Numbered from the stretch's first letter, positions 47,895-61,930 are shown. The stretch is DNA of 64,000 nucleotides from Bigelowiella natans CCMP2755 (GCA_000320545.1 ADNK01001956.1:23238-87237), one strand, 5' to 3'. Notes: a model not told the origin generated them from the sequence alone. A program made the numbers and translations.

Positions 47895-49372
47895 AAGCCA
47901 TAACAACTTACCTTAAGATTCTCAGATATAGCCTTAGCTATATTTTTATCGTGGGGAGGGACTATTTGACTGCCAGAGCTCCAATACACCTATTATTTTA
48001 TCATTATTACCGTACAGAAGAAGAAGAAGAAGAAGAAGAAGAAGAAGAAGAATAAGAAAAGGGCGGCTACTCCTATAATGTTAGTGGTACACTGTCGTTC
48101 TTCTTACCTTGAATCCATTATCCTCCTTTGGGTTATGGGAAGCCTAGAAATGATGATGATGATGATGATGATGGTCATGGAAGAACAACTCATTATAATA
48201 TTGAAGAGATAGGGTATTTATCCCCGATCCTACTACCGTGACTACGATGCCCGCATCCATCTTATAGTGTTTCTAGACCAACAATTTAAAATGGAGGGAG
48301 GGGGAAAACAGGATAATCAGTGGTAAAAATAATAACAACATACCAACAGAACAGAGAGAGGAATGCTGTCACATCATTCATGATAATATCACTACTAATC
48401 TTACGTGTTCTTACCACTAGAAATGGAATAAGAGGAGTTGCGGTGAATCCACGCATAAGATGTGCTTCGAAACTGTTGTTATTGTGTATTTTAAATATTG
48501 TGTAAGCAGCATTCAAATCACATCAGCTCAAACCCGGCTTCGATGCAAACACACGCAGCGAAATGAGCAAATCTTTTGGAAGAAAGTCCCAACTTGACAA
48601 GCGAGCGATGGTCGTATCTGGTAACGAGAAGAATTAGATTGATTCAGTTTGACACCGAATTCTACCACCCAATAATATGATTCAAAGAGTTGAACAGAAT
48701 ACTACTACTCACTGACCCAATTGCCACTTTTCTGGGGATTCCTTCCTTGTTCTCTTTTCTGCAGCTCTTCAGGTATGCACAAAGACCCTTGTAACAAATG
48801 TATGTTAAGTTTTGACTTTCAGGCAAAATATTCGCAGTAACAATGGTTATGATATCAGATATTTTTGTGGAATTGGTGACAGTATGATGATGAAAAGGCG
48901 ATGGTGGGGAAGAAGAAGAAGGAGCAACTACCACTGCCGCTGCTGCTACTATTATTCCTCTTATTATCACCTGCGTAGCTTGAATGACTGTAAGATCGTT
49001 CATATGATTGTTCCCAGCTCCCATAGGCCCCCGGAGACCTGTGGTGTGTTTTTATGTTGTTGTACTGTGTGGTGTCAATGTCGAATTTCGCAAGACGATC
49101 TTTGTGAGGAATGTTTCATGCCTGCAGTCCCAAATTGTAGTCTAGTGGTCAATCTTTGCGAAAGATCCGGTGCTTTATTCTCTGCTAATCTTTGAATCTC
49201 AGATCGTGTCTATTGAACGAACAAACGAACAAACGAAGGAGACGGAGGAGACAACGCAAAAAGAAGCTTCAGGGATTTTCCTGCATCAATCATATCGACC
49301 CAGTACTACTTTTGGATTTGGATCGAAGTCAATCCAGTCTTTCAGTGCCTGGTCCATGGAATTGTCGGTCAT
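42909..49372 (-). CDS. PGM2: Phosphoglucomutase-2 / phosphopentomutase (alpha-D-phosphohexomutase family), multi-exon
   Basis: LQFGTAG/LRGPMGAG, YDHR, ASHNPKEDNGFK, YTAMHGVG, FPTVTFPNPEE, ANDPDADRLA, SGNEIG, TLTGFKWM, FEEAIGY, DK/DGVSAA and LRPSGTEPKLKYY. Confidence 0.96.
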
Positions 49373-49708
49373 GATTTTTCACTTCTTGGTCTCCTCTCTC
49401 TCGGATGGAGGTCCTCGTCGTTGTCGTTGTCGTTGTCGCAAATCGCACTCAAAAGTGCCTATTTTCCATGTCGCAGATCAGAAATCGTATGAGTTAATCT
49501 GCAACGAAATGTAATATCGCAATATTATCTCCGCATACCACTCTTTTTTCTATCTGGTTCCGATAAACCGGAGGTAATTGCTCTGTTTTGCGTGTACGAC
49601 TAAATTTTAGATGTCGTAGAGATGAAACTGGATCGTTTTATCCATTTGCGACATGCTTTATCGACTATGCCTAATTTCCCAACTTCAAGTCGCAAAACAC
49701 AGGAAACA

Positions 49709-50494
49709 ATGATGGCTTCGACAAAGAAGGGAGAAAGCAACGAAAATGACAATGCAGAAGAGACAACGATAGCCGCGTCAACCACTTCAGGCCTCTCAAT
49801 TAATCGTATCAAAAACATAAGAAGGGTGTTTATCGAAGTGGCAAAAGATGATTCGGAGCTGCTTAGAGTGGAGAGTCTCCCTGAGGCTTTGGAGAGTCTT
49901 GGAATGAACGACACGAAGAATGAGATTCTTAATGAAGTCAAGCTAAACGTGGAGGTAAATGCTACGATTTCAATTTACAGAAGTTAAAATGTGAGGTTTT
50001 CCCGGTTACAGATGAACCCCGATGAACCTGGCTTAAAGTTTGCAGATTTCCTCAGCCTCATTTCACGACTGGAAGACAAGACGGAATACTCAAATCCCCC
50101 AAGCTTTTATTCTATTGCTTCATCTGCGATTAAAGTGAAACTCGATAGACAGCTCAGTGAGGTAAGTACAATAAAAAGAGACAAGATCGAAGAGCTCAAG
50201 AAAATATTCGACAAGATTGATGGCAGCAAAGATGGATTTCTCACATTTGAGGAATGGTAATTTATTATTAGATGCAAGGATTATTCGAGTACCTGGAAAA
50301 TGTTTGTTTTATTCGATACAATTTTTATAAGGAAGCAAGCAACGAAAGTAGCCGAGGATCAACTTAAAATAAAATTCTTGGAGAAAGATCTGAAGAAAGC
50401 ACTTGATGTAAAAATTTAAAGTTAATTTCTTTGAAGAAATCTCCCAACATACACAATAGTAGTAAGCACTCATATAACCATCCCAAAAACACCC

Positions 50495-50575
<81 letters not shown>

Positions 50576-51083
50576 GATATATAATACACATATATAATAT
50601 TCCGCATTACGAACTCATGAAATACAAATGACTCGATTGCTGCAGGAAGCCGATGACGATGAGAATGGGAAGATCGATTTCTTCGAGTTCTTAGCTCAGT
50701 GGTCCCTTGATAATCCAGGGGGAAAAGAGAGAAATATTCCACTTTATATAGAAAAAGAAGAGGTCGACGAAATGAAATCTAATGCTTATGAAGTGGAGCC
50801 AGAAGTGCCTCCTGATTACGTTCCCAGAAAGCATTATAAGATCCTTCCGGCTAAATATGAACATGCTGGTTCGAATGAGGTGCAAGAAATTAAGAAGAAA
50901 TTCGACGAAATTGACACAAGTTCATCTGGAACCATATCTCTGAAAGAATTCAAGGTTGCAATGTCCTTTTTGGAGGAGGAGTTCAACGAAGATGAAATCA
51001 AGAAGATGTTCGACGAAATGGACATTAACGGAGATGGAAAAATTGATTACTCCGAATTTTTGTTGAGTGCGGGCAGAATTTAA
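49709..51083 (+). CDS. Calmodulin-like protein with three EF-hand pairs (first pair degenerate); divergent from PGM2
   Basis: Loops DGSKDGFLTFEE, DDDENGKIDFFE, DTSSSGTISLKE and DINGDGKIDYSE; four exons. An alternative in-frame ATG lies at 49622. Confidence 0.9.
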
Positions 51084-51209
51084 CGGGTATATATGCTATG
51101 CGATAAAGTAATAAAGGTTTCTCAAAGGTGTCCAATTTCCACTTGGCTGTGCCAAATATTGGTGATGAATTGTTCAATATAGGCGATTGCAAATTTCATT
51201 ACTCTATGA

Positions 51210-51416
51210 TCTCTGCCATCGATGTCTGGATGATCACATCTCCTGCTCCATTTGGAAAGTGAACGAAATCGCATCCACTGTGTGTGTGCGGGCGCGCGCG
51301 CGTTGAAATTGCACAGCTTTGTCCATCATCTCTGCCTTCTCATGACTGGATGAGGCTTCATGAGAAGAGATGTTGCATCTTTGCACTCATGCCACAATTC
51401 ACACGCTCATCCTTCA

Positions 51417-51451
<35 letters not shown>

Positions 51452-52100
51452 CTGCATGAAACATTTCTTTCGTTCCTGTGTGACATCGTCATGTGTCAAG
51501 CAACGAAAGATGCATTGCATTGCCGCCATGCAACAGCTGGATCGCAGTGTTTGAACTCTGATGATCGGATCGATCGAAGGGAATCGAACGACTGTTTGTC
51601 AATGCCAGAATGCCTGTTGCACTGTCAGCTGGCTAGCTAGCTAGCCTGCATTCCAGCATTGCTGGATTCTGGGCGGATTGTTCAGTTCACACGATCATTT
51701 GCACGTGCTTCTTGCTTCAAATTGTGTTTGCATGATCACATGGCCAAACGCGCAGCTGACTCACTTCGATGTTCACCAGTGCACACAGCGCGGCCACAAC
51801 GCAAGCACGTCCACACAAGCTGGCAAGACGTGCGATGGTGTCGTGGTCAAAGCTGGAGCCAGAAAGTCAAAATGCGTGCCACAAGCCCTCAGGCACAACT
51901 AGACAAGGCAAGTGGACAAGTGCGATGCATCTCATCCACAGTGAAAACCGTGCATGACAATTGTTCAACACACAATGCAATGGAAAGCACGTGCTTGCTC
52001 TGTCCGGAAACAATGAAACAATGAAACAATGATGAAGAACTACATTTCCAAAGTGTTCGAGATGCCGTCAACCTCGTTGAACGCCTTTTTGGCAAACTAA
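51210..52100. other. TpA-depleted island 4, with repeat-family copy C at about 52005-52062 (minus strand)
   Basis: From 51210 to 52040 the only TAs seen are in CTAG (51633-51644 and 51899-51902). Confidence 0.88.
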
Positions 52101-52290
52101 CAAGATGTAGTGAATTGGGTTGTCGCAGAACAAAGTTGCCCTGCGTTTGGTCTCAATCGGCTTCTCAAGCACCAGAGAAAGGGGGAGGGGGAAGAACAGA
52201 CAGCACAGCACCTTCTGGAGTCTACGAACTACACGAACCACTACAACTATACTTGCACACTACTTCGTCTTCTTCAACAGACGGCAATCC

Positions 52291-55235
52291 ATGAAGAAGC
52301 GCCGTGGAAAGGGTAGATCCAAGGGAGGTATTAATCGAAAGAAAGGAGGTGCTACAAAGAAACAAGGCCAGCCCAAAAAAAATTCCAAAAATCGTCGAAA
52401 TCATCATTCTGGAAACAATAGGACGGTCCTGCTCGAAGGATTACCAGGAACACGCGAAAGATTTGGTCGAAAGTTCGTGGATTATTTTGAGAAGGTGTGG
52501 CATTCTTGATAGTTGTTATTAGCCCCTGACCCTCCTTTTGGCTGCTATTGCAAATGATCCTGCGATGATGCAAAAAGGATTACGGGGAGCGTTTGGTTGG
52601 TCTACTGGAGGCCTTCACAAAGCCTGTCCATCATGTAGCTGTAATGAATACCCTCCTAGAAAGACGAGGAAGAAGCGAAGAGGCAGGAGAAAGCTGCGGA
52701 GAAAACGTTGTTGATCAAAAGTTACATGGTGAAGAAAGACCCTCTGAATCATGTCAATTCAGTAACGCTCATAACTACGAAAATCTGGTCTGTGATGTTT
52801 CTTCTTCATTTTATTCTATTCAGACAACAGATTTCCTCCCACCACCGCCACAACCACAGAAAAGATGATCTCTGGGTATAGGTAATGAACAATTTGATTT
52901 CCAATCAATGATGAACTCAGGGTATAAGAAGTGGGGGACTATTTATTTTTTTATCAAGATGATGATGAAGCGATAACTTGATGATAATAATGTGCAATGG
53001 CTGCGCTGCTACTACAAATACTACTATTACCACTCACTATGTGAGGTGTGTGGTACTTCCACAATGACATGGTTTGTTACTACTGCTGATACTGCGACTA
53101 CTTCCACTTCTGTTTCTATTTCTGCTGCTATTTCTGTTGCTACTACTTATTGCAGCTTAAACAAGGACATCTCTATTTACCCAAGTTTGGAAGTTCATAC
53201 ACTCTCATCACCCACAACTAGAGGAAAGGTGCCTGTTAAAAATTGCCAAAGCCAAGTTAATCAGGAGATAGAAGACACTGGGAATAGAGGTGACAGACAG
53301 CAGCTGAGGTAATTCTATTATTACGCTCATTGATATTTGTTCAACAAATCATCAGTGCTAGGGGAGGAGAAAGATGATGGGTTGGTGAGTAGTGCTGCTG
53401 TGGAAAAGAAAACAATGCTGCAAAGAGGTACTACAACGTCCAAAGAAGATAGTGCCAATGTACCAGTTACAAATAAAAATGAAGATCAATAGCTCGATAT
53501 CATGCCCACCTGTGCTATGCACCTATAATACTTGCACTACTAACAAGGTGCTATGTTTGATATAATATTTTTGCTTAACGAGGAGGTGGAGGAGGGGCAA
53601 AGGGGGGTATAACATCCTCCACTGGTAACACAACGCTGCTTGATCAGAGACAGCAGGAGCAGCAGCATCAACAGCAGCAACTTCAACCACACAATGATGA
53701 TAAAAATAATAATAACAAGACTAATTCTAATAATAGTAAGGATTCCAAAATCTATCATCCCCCACCCAAACTCAACGACCAAGGCTTGCTGATGTGGTAC
53801 TGGCTCGATAAAGCGTCACTTATGCCTCCCATTTCATTGCTTTCTCCTCCACCTCCTCGTTCCATCATGCAATCAAAGAATGATCTCACTATGAAGGGGG
53901 AGAAGGCACAAACGTCTGCTACAGGTAAGAATTTACAGTCGATATTCTGTTTTAAGTCTCTCAGTAGCTTTCTGGTGAAAAGCTATACCGTAAGTTCTTT
54001 TACCATTACTACTACTACTACTACTCCTACTACTGCTACTACTATTCCAGGACTATCGATTCTGGATATGTGTGCAGCACCAGGAGGTTCCTCGAGAGAG
54101 ATAACAAGAGAATATGAAAGGGATAGAGGGAGGAGGGGAAGCAGCTTGGAGAAGAGAGAACATTCAATGAGATAACATCTCCAACGATTATGGTGATGGT
54201 ACTTATGGATTGGTGATTCATATAATATGTTCAAAGAATAATTCTATGATGCAGCAAATTCACTGTATGGTAGATGTACAATAACGAGGATACACCTGTA
54301 ATAGCTAACCACCACTATTCTACTACTAGGAAAATCAATGATATTGTCCATGCTAGCTTTCCATGAAACAACAAGAAAAGCAACAAGAACAACAAATGTC
54401 AACAACCATCTCACATGCAACGAGAAATCCGTCTCTCGCATACGAAATCTTAAGCACGTGATAAAAAGCTACATCCCTGATCAACTCCGTAGTAACAACA
54501 TCAGAATTGTCAACCACGATGCAACACGATGGTAATAATAATAACATTAATAATAGTAATAATGATGATGATCAAGAAGAAGAGAACAAATAATACGATA
54601 ATAAATCAGTGATAAAATCCTACCCTTCGTGTATTTGCTTCGGGTTCCGTCTGATTCTTATTCTTATTCTTATTCTTATTCTCCTTTTTCTTACTCTTTT
54701 CTTCTCTTCTCTCTGCCCCCCCCTCTAAGTTTGAAAGTATAAGAAATGATTGACAACTGGGAACATAAAATAAAATAAAGATTAATTACAGGGTCGGAGC
54801 GATGTTTGATAGAGTCTTGGCCGATGTACCATGCTCATCAGAACGGTGCTACTAGCTAGCTTGCTACTTATTCCTACTATACTCTTCATTATGATGTAAT
54901 AGCATCATTTTTTCATGGACACAAAGAAGAAGAAGAAGAAGAAGAAGAAGAAGAATTGTTTAAATTCGTTAGTAGTTTGGTGGAGAAAGTAGTAGTACAG
55001 CATGACTGATCAGTACTTACTTATTATATGGTGGTGGTACTTGCTAATAATAATGATGCTCTGCTGCTACTGCTGCCTGCAATCCCACAAACAAACCATC
55101 AAAGAAACAAGTGATGATGATGATGATAAGTGGTGCTGTTACTCCTACTAAATGTGTTGTTAGCCATGTTGTTATGGAAGCTCATAAAAGAAGAATGCGT
55201 GTTGATCCTGCTCAATGGTCACCAGCAAGGTTGTG

Positions 55236-55271
<36 letters not shown>

Positions 55272-56599
55272 AACGATAATAATCACATTGTACACTAAGC
55301 ACACACAGAAAGATGATTCCATTTCATGTATTGCTTGAATAGTTGTGTTGTTTATTTAGATGCAAAAGATATGCATCCACACAGTTTCAGATCTTGTTGA
55401 GTGCTGTGAGAACGACAAATAAAGGAGCATTAATTGTTTATAGGTAACTTGGTCAAGCTAAAATTGTTTTAATAATCATATCGTAGATGTTTCACGATGT
55501 AAGGGTTTTTAATCGTTATCGATGTGCTTCTTCTTATTAGCACGTGCAGCATTGCAAGTGCGGAAAATGAAAAGGTTGATCGTTCCTTCACACGCCTTCA
55601 TACACCTCCATACACCTCCACACACCTCCACACACCATTATCAGTAAAATTATAATAACAACTGCTCTTGCTTTTCTTAGGAAATTACTAACTCCTACAA
55701 TAATAATAATATTAAGAAGAAGAAAAAGAAGAAAAGTGGTGTAAATAACATTGATAAAAACTATGAAATTACCATCTATAAAGGTTGTGAGAAAAGTACT
55801 GAAGAAAACAAGCCATGTAGTCGAGGTGCTGCAAATGATCTTAAAGCATATGTAGTAGTGTATGTGTGGACATATACGGTGACAAGAAAGAAAAATATCA
55901 TTACGCACACACACACACACACACACATATTAATATATTTTATTATTGTTGTTTGAATTTGGTTCTATCTGATTGACATTGTTGTACATTATACGTCGTG
56001 ATGACGATCGATCAGGTCGTTGAACGATGCGGTCCATTTTCTAGTGAGGACTTGGTTTCAATGGGAGCAGAGCATCGAGATCCAGGGTGATGATAGATAG
56101 CTACGTGCTTACGGATATAATATAAATCAATGCCAAATATCACTCACCACGGATGTATGATCTATGATTATTTGCTAGTTGTAGAGCAGTAATCATTTGA
56201 TAATCCCACAAACAATTATTACCATCTCCGTATAATAATAATAATAACAATATCAATAATAACAATAATTATATTGGATGAAAGAGCGTTGATATGGCTT
56301 GCTGTCTGAATCATCATATACTGGTTCAATCTGATAGGTGGATACTTCTACCAGATCGAAGTGGTGGTTGTGGGCCTATATATTGGGTAGTAGTAGTAGT
56401 ATGACGATGATGATGATGATGGTGATATACGTATTTACAAGGAAGTAACGTAATCATTTGTCACGAATAAAACGATTTCATTCAGGTGACACTTTTAAAA
56501 AAAGGAGATGGAGTTGCTGATATTGAACAAGACAACATCAATGAAAGCGGTGATGATGACGATGACGACGACGACGATGATGATGATGATGGTAAATAG
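52291..56599 (+). CDS. NOL1/NOP2/Sun-family RNA cytosine-C5 methyltransferase (NSUN3/NSUN4-like), multi-exon
   Basis: YWLDKASLMP, ILDMCAAPG/GKS, CNE, NHDATRW, FDRVLADVPCSSER, LIVY/STCSIASAENE and WILLPDRSGGCGPIY; acidic C-terminal tail. Confidence 0.92.
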
Positions 56600-57573
56600 A
56601 CCCTCCTGCCTCAAACTGAAGAAGGGAGAGTTAGTTGCTAGGGAGATATGGTGAACAGTTTGTACATCATTTGCCATTTAAATCTATGCACTTACATAGC
56701 AATCATGTTGCATGTGCATGAAAAATAATGGAACGATAATGAGTCAAGCATCAACTACAGAAGCAGCCGCACTGGTGGTAGTATAAATGAATGATATGTT
56801 ATGAATGGACGTTGCATGTCTAGATGTGTTCAATCGACATTGAACGCCTACCTTAGCTACGCAATTAAGTTTAGCGCTGCAAACGTATCAGCCTTACTGT
56901 GTCACTCTTTGTCATGCTTTGAACGCTATCACATGTTTGCTGCATGATAATCGCATAATAGCTACAATGCGCCGATCAGATCACAAGATATCAGGCTATC
57001 AGGCTTAACATAGCACGGCATGCTAGCATGCACCTTGCATGTACCCCAGCAGGCTATAGCTATTTAGCTAGCTAGCTGTACGTGTGCTCATTAGCACATC
57101 TAGATATGTCTAGATGTGCATCACCTTTGATCGAGCATCCGGTCTTTGTAGCCTTATACATTTGGCTTCGTCTACCAATTGACTTAGAAGACTGCTTCAG
57201 CTAGTAGCTAAATCATAATACGTGCAGCCCGAACATCTAAATTGCACACGCCCAGATAGCCAGTTAACCCCACTGCTATTGTGTACGTAGTGATGTGTGC
57301 ATAGCTGTGTGATCTAGCGGTCTGTCATGACGCCGTCACCAGCGCTAGCACTTGTAACGTACATGTCGAGTTAATTCCTTTGCATCGGCCCATCAGTGCA
57401 GTCCACATTGTGCGCCGCCTTTATTTCATTTGAGCACACGTACTCGCTTGTTGATATGCAGGAGGCGGTTGTCATAGTGCATGCACGATATGACTACCGC
57501 GTAACGATTGATGCAATTGCCAAATGATGATAATGCAGGTGGGAATAAAGAATAGCTACTACACTGATTTAAA

Positions 57574-57780
57574 TCATATCAACACAACATTATACCGCTT
57601 CGATATTCTGGATGCTAATGAATCTTCCACAGCAAGATCATCTTGATTTTGTAGTTTTGGTCCTGACGATGCTCCTTGGCGCTCAAGGGTTGAGTTCCTG
57701 CTATCAATATCTCTATTTTCATCACCTTCTTCTTCTGCAGCACCATGATTGCTTTCTACAAGTCCCACTCCTTTTTCTTT

Positions 57781-57818
<38 letters not shown>

Positions 57819-58238
57819 TGATGGCGACAACAACAGGATGGTAGTCGTCCACCCTTTCTCTAGATTCATGCTGCTGCTGCTGCTGCTGCTGGTACCGTGC
57901 ACTACAGCCTAAAATGTTTAATGTGCTACTAATACTACTGCTGGTGGTGGTGCTGATGGTAGCATCCTTACTATTTCTTTTCTTCCCCTCCCTACCGCAA
58001 TCTGAATCAATTTCATCATAGAGCTGCTCAACGGTGACTGCTGCCTTTGGCTGCCGGGAACCTGATCCCATCACTAATTGTTTTCCTCTTCCAACTGACA
58101 TTAATCGTGATGATGATGATGACGACGACGGGGCGCTATTTTTTATTTGGCCATCATCTTCCTGCCCCTCCTCCTTCTCATTGCTACTGCTGCAGCTTCC
58201 ACTGTTCATATCATTATGAATACATTCCTCCAGATTGA

Positions 58239-58269
<31 letters not shown>

Positions 58270-59322
58270 CTTCTCACAGTGTTGTAGATCATCGTGATCA
58301 TCATCATCAGCATCGTCGTCAGGCTGCGGTGAAAGTTGAGTTAGAGGCAGTGCTGAGTAATCATGAGAAGAAGAAGTCATGATCATCGAGGAGGACGATG
58401 AGTCTCTTCCCCTCCTCGACTGAAGTAGCTGCTTTCTCTGTTTCTTCTTCTTAACCACCTCTTTCCTCCTGCGCAACATGATGATGGTAGTAGTAGTTCT
58501 TTAGTGAGAAGAAGAAGAAGATGATGATGAAAAATAATGATCGCTTACATACTTCCTTGTGATTCTTGCGTTTTCCACAACAGTTGGCCATAGCATGGTC
58601 TTCTTGCAGCTTGGGCAATGCCCTTTTTGAGGTATAATCGGAGCAGCAGCTCCACCTGCCTCCTCTTCTAGTTGCATACGAAACCTCCTTGCTAGGCACA
58701 CGATATGCATTCGAGAATTGCAATAAAAACATTCAAAAAGTTTCATCTTGTTTCTACTACTGTTGCTGCTGCTTTCACTGCTTCTGACACAAGAAGAAGA
58801 AGAAGAAGAAGAAGATTTATTATCTACGTCATTGCACAGGAAGCAACGAAAGTTGTTGTTCCCTTTAAAAGTGACATACTGATCACCGTTCATAACCCCT
58901 TCGATATCAACGTTTTCGATGTCATCGTTGTGATCTCCAATTTTCATATTATTCAATGACGACGACAAGGGAGAACGACCTCTCTTCTTCTTCCGTTGTT
59001 TTTCCTTCTCTGTAACTTCATATCTGTCTTGTTCAATCGCCATCATCATCATCATGTCTTCACTTCTTTCTTTGGAAGAGCATTCATATATTATATTGCA
59101 TTCGTTCCTATAGCCATTTAGATTCCTCCTCTTGTTGTTGTTGTTGTTGTTTTTTTTCCTCCTAGTTCCTGTTCGTATGGTGCTTGACGAGCAAGAGGAA
59201 TCACCATTTCTACTACTATCATCATTGTATTCAGTTATCATCATCCCTCTTGGTTCTTCTTCCTCGTGAGATGAGTCATCAGTATCCACTTCCTTGTACT
59301 CTGTGCTTTGGTACCTGATATA

Positions 59323-59367
<45 letters not shown>

Positions 59368-60281
59368 AATGAGAAGTCATATTTCTTGGACCCCGTATCC
59401 TACCACCATTACTGCAGAGCAAGGCTCAGGATGATATGGATTATAATGAATATGGCAGGTGCTGTGGGTAGATGCTGATTCTACTACTATCTCACAATGG
59501 TAGGTCATCGAGAGATCCCCAAACAGAATCTATGTGGATGGGCGGCTTCTTGGAGCAGCACTTTTCTCCAAGTAAGCTGATATCCTCTGAAGTGTAGTGG
59601 ATGTGCAGCGGATAATTTTTCCACGGAAGCAAATTTAGCATCTCGTGGAGAATCTGAAGAAAACGTATTAATGTCACTTTAAGTATGACTATCTGAATAT
59701 GAATCATTGATTTCCCTTCTCGCCCCTCTTCACTAAGGTAAGGGTTGCTCATTATGACATGATTGATTCATCTACAACTTCTACATAATCTTCTTGTTCT
59801 TGTTCTGACCTGCAACTTTCCCTTGACACCAGGTGGTGGCCTTTTTGTTCTGTAGATTTCCTTCACATATCTTATAGGAAGAAGAAAAGAAGAAGAAGAA
59901 GAAGAAGAAGAATAAGGACAATAAGAGATAAGGACATCGATACGATAAGGGGACAACTGTTTGACAACTACAACGTCTTCCTCCGCAATGAAATGAAGAC
60001 CCCCACCTGCTTCGCCTAGGATGCTGCCAGGCCCATTCGAATTGGAGACCAGAGGTTTTATTGGGAAATCCATGCACCACCACCACCATTGTCCAGGGGC
60101 GTTTACGCTTGGTCTGTCTAGCCCCATTAACGAGGAGGCCATTATGCTGACGAATCCTGCGTCTTGGATCGGTTGTGAAGCCAATGTACGTAGAACCACG
60201 GTACATCTGACTATCGGAACGGAGCAGGTAGCATGATATCATATCACTCCTTGAGGAAGAAGAAGAACAAGAAGAAGACAT
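57574..60281 (-). CDS. SLX1: Structure-specific endonuclease catalytic subunit SLX1 (GIY-YIG plus RING/PHD-like finger) with a long disordered C-terminal tail
   Basis: CYLLRS...[18 protein letters not shown]...[30 protein letters not shown]; CFLC...CFYC...HIVCLA...[10 protein letters not shown]...W. An in-frame splice joins ORF 57574-58479. Confidence 0.93.
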
Positions 60282-60551
60282 TTCCTCCCTCTCGTATCGC
60301 TAAAGCCTTTCCGCCTTCGTACGTTCCTTCGTCTTTTTATTTGCACGGTTGGATGAGAGTGAAGTAGTCCAGCTAACGGTTAGCAGGGGTGGGTCATACC
60401 AGCATCATCAGCATCAGCATCATCATCATCATCATCATCATCAACGGCTGCGTATTTCCATTGGATTTCTGCTCAAAATTTGTACCAGAAACATCTGTGT
60501 CAATATGCCTAAAGATTGAACGGCAGTTGGAGTCTGGTCATCATCGATTAC

Positions 60552-60594
60552 CCGTTAGTGTCCGTTCGTGTCCGTTCGTGTCCGTTAGTGTCCG
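60552..60594. repeat. 10-bp minisatellite, about 4 copies of ccgtt(a/c)gtgt
   Basis: Read directly from the sequence. Confidence 0.85.
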
Positions 60595-60649
60595 AAGATT
60601 ATTACCCAGATTAGGGACTACTCCCATTTGCATCCCGGAACCACATGGC

Positions 60650-61930
60650 TAGATCATCCCAAGCTCCTGAAAACACCTGCTAGTTTGCTAGTCAAGTTCC
60701 CACTGAAGCTAGTTTGCTAGTTGTAGTCCTCACAAAAGCTAGTTCGAGGCACTGCATTTCGCACACTGCAAATGTCTTGCAACATTTTGGAAATGTAGAT
60801 CTAGTTCATCATCATTGTTCTTGTTCTTGTTCTTGAATGCCCGCAGGGAGAGTCGAGTCTCCGATGAGGAACCGACACGTGTGGCCGATGTGGCAAAGAC
60901 ATTGGCATCATTTTCCCGGGCACACGATGCCTCAAAGCTCCAGCCCAGTGATGGTGTTTTCGCACCCAGGTTTCACCAATTGATCCTCAAAGCCATCTTC
61001 AAATTCAACATCCTGAGGAGTGCATTCACCAAATGCTGGGTGGGTCTGTTGATCATTTCCACTGAGATTGCAATCCACACAAGTTGATCTGCAGTTGTTC
61101 CAGAGGTGTGGGAAATCAAATGTGGGGCATGGTGCATGTCCTGCTGCGATGCACAGAGAGACTAGGAGACACTGCTGTGATCACGTTGTCAACGATGCCA
61201 TTGCGCACATGTGTGACACACTGAATGCGCACAAACAAGTCTAGAAGTCTGCTAGAAGTGCACGTGTGCGTGATGATGACTCGATCCAGCAGAGATGATT
61301 TGCATGTGCACTGTGCATTCGGTCTGAACATTGCCACGCTGTCATGCATGGTGCAACATTTGAGCTGCATGCTGCGGCCATGTCAAGTGCAGATCGACAC
61401 ATGCATCTGCTGACTGGATTTGCGCACATGTCCGGCGCATGTGACACGCAACACTGCCGCACTGTCTAGCTGTGCTGAAGCCTGAAATGTGAAAATCGCA
61501 TCTGTTGACATCACACATGGACATCGAGCCATCATGACGTGACAGGAGCAAACAATCTGGGGCACATGTGCATGTGCGCTGGTGCGCCCATGAATCTTCA
61601 TTAGATGTGCATCCAAGCACATCTAGACACTACAAGATTTGTCCATGTGTGGCAGAACGTTGGTGCACAACCCGTGCTAAAAATGAAAACAGCGAATTAA
61701 TGGCATTTGGAAGATGTTGTACATGCCGAGCTGTGTCTCCGCACAAACAATTCGAAGCGGTAAACTTTTCCGTGGCCTGCTCTTTTGTGGCCCTTGCTTT
61801 GTGCATCATTTTTACATTTTTTTAGTAACAATGCAACATCAAAGCAGCAGCCTGGCATCAATTGGGATGTCTTCCAAAGCAAATTTCGGAAACAGTGTCG
61901 CATTTCCTGCATCAAAAAATGTGCAAAAAT
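60650..61930. other. TpA-depleted island 5, with repeat-family copy B at about 60700-60835 (plus strand)
   Basis: From 60810 to 61600 the residual TAs are in CTAG. Overlapping ORFs are Tyr-poor and Cys/His-rich. Confidence 0.88.

Noticed and set aside
59781-60281. GIY-YIG as a mobile homing or Penelope endonuclease
   Set aside because: The motifs and downstream finger are those of host SLX1; the gene is spliced and has normal TA content.
23364-60281. SET, NSUN or SLX1 genes as the machinery of the TA-mutation process
   Set aside because: Eukaryotic gene neighbourhood is weak evidence, these look like ordinary family members, and no deaminase or Y-family polymerase was seen in the window.
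61085-61130. AMP-binding motif relic (LISHTSGTT, possibly from YTSGTT) on the minus strand
   Set aside because: No following G-x-P-K and no other adenylation motifs; could be chance.
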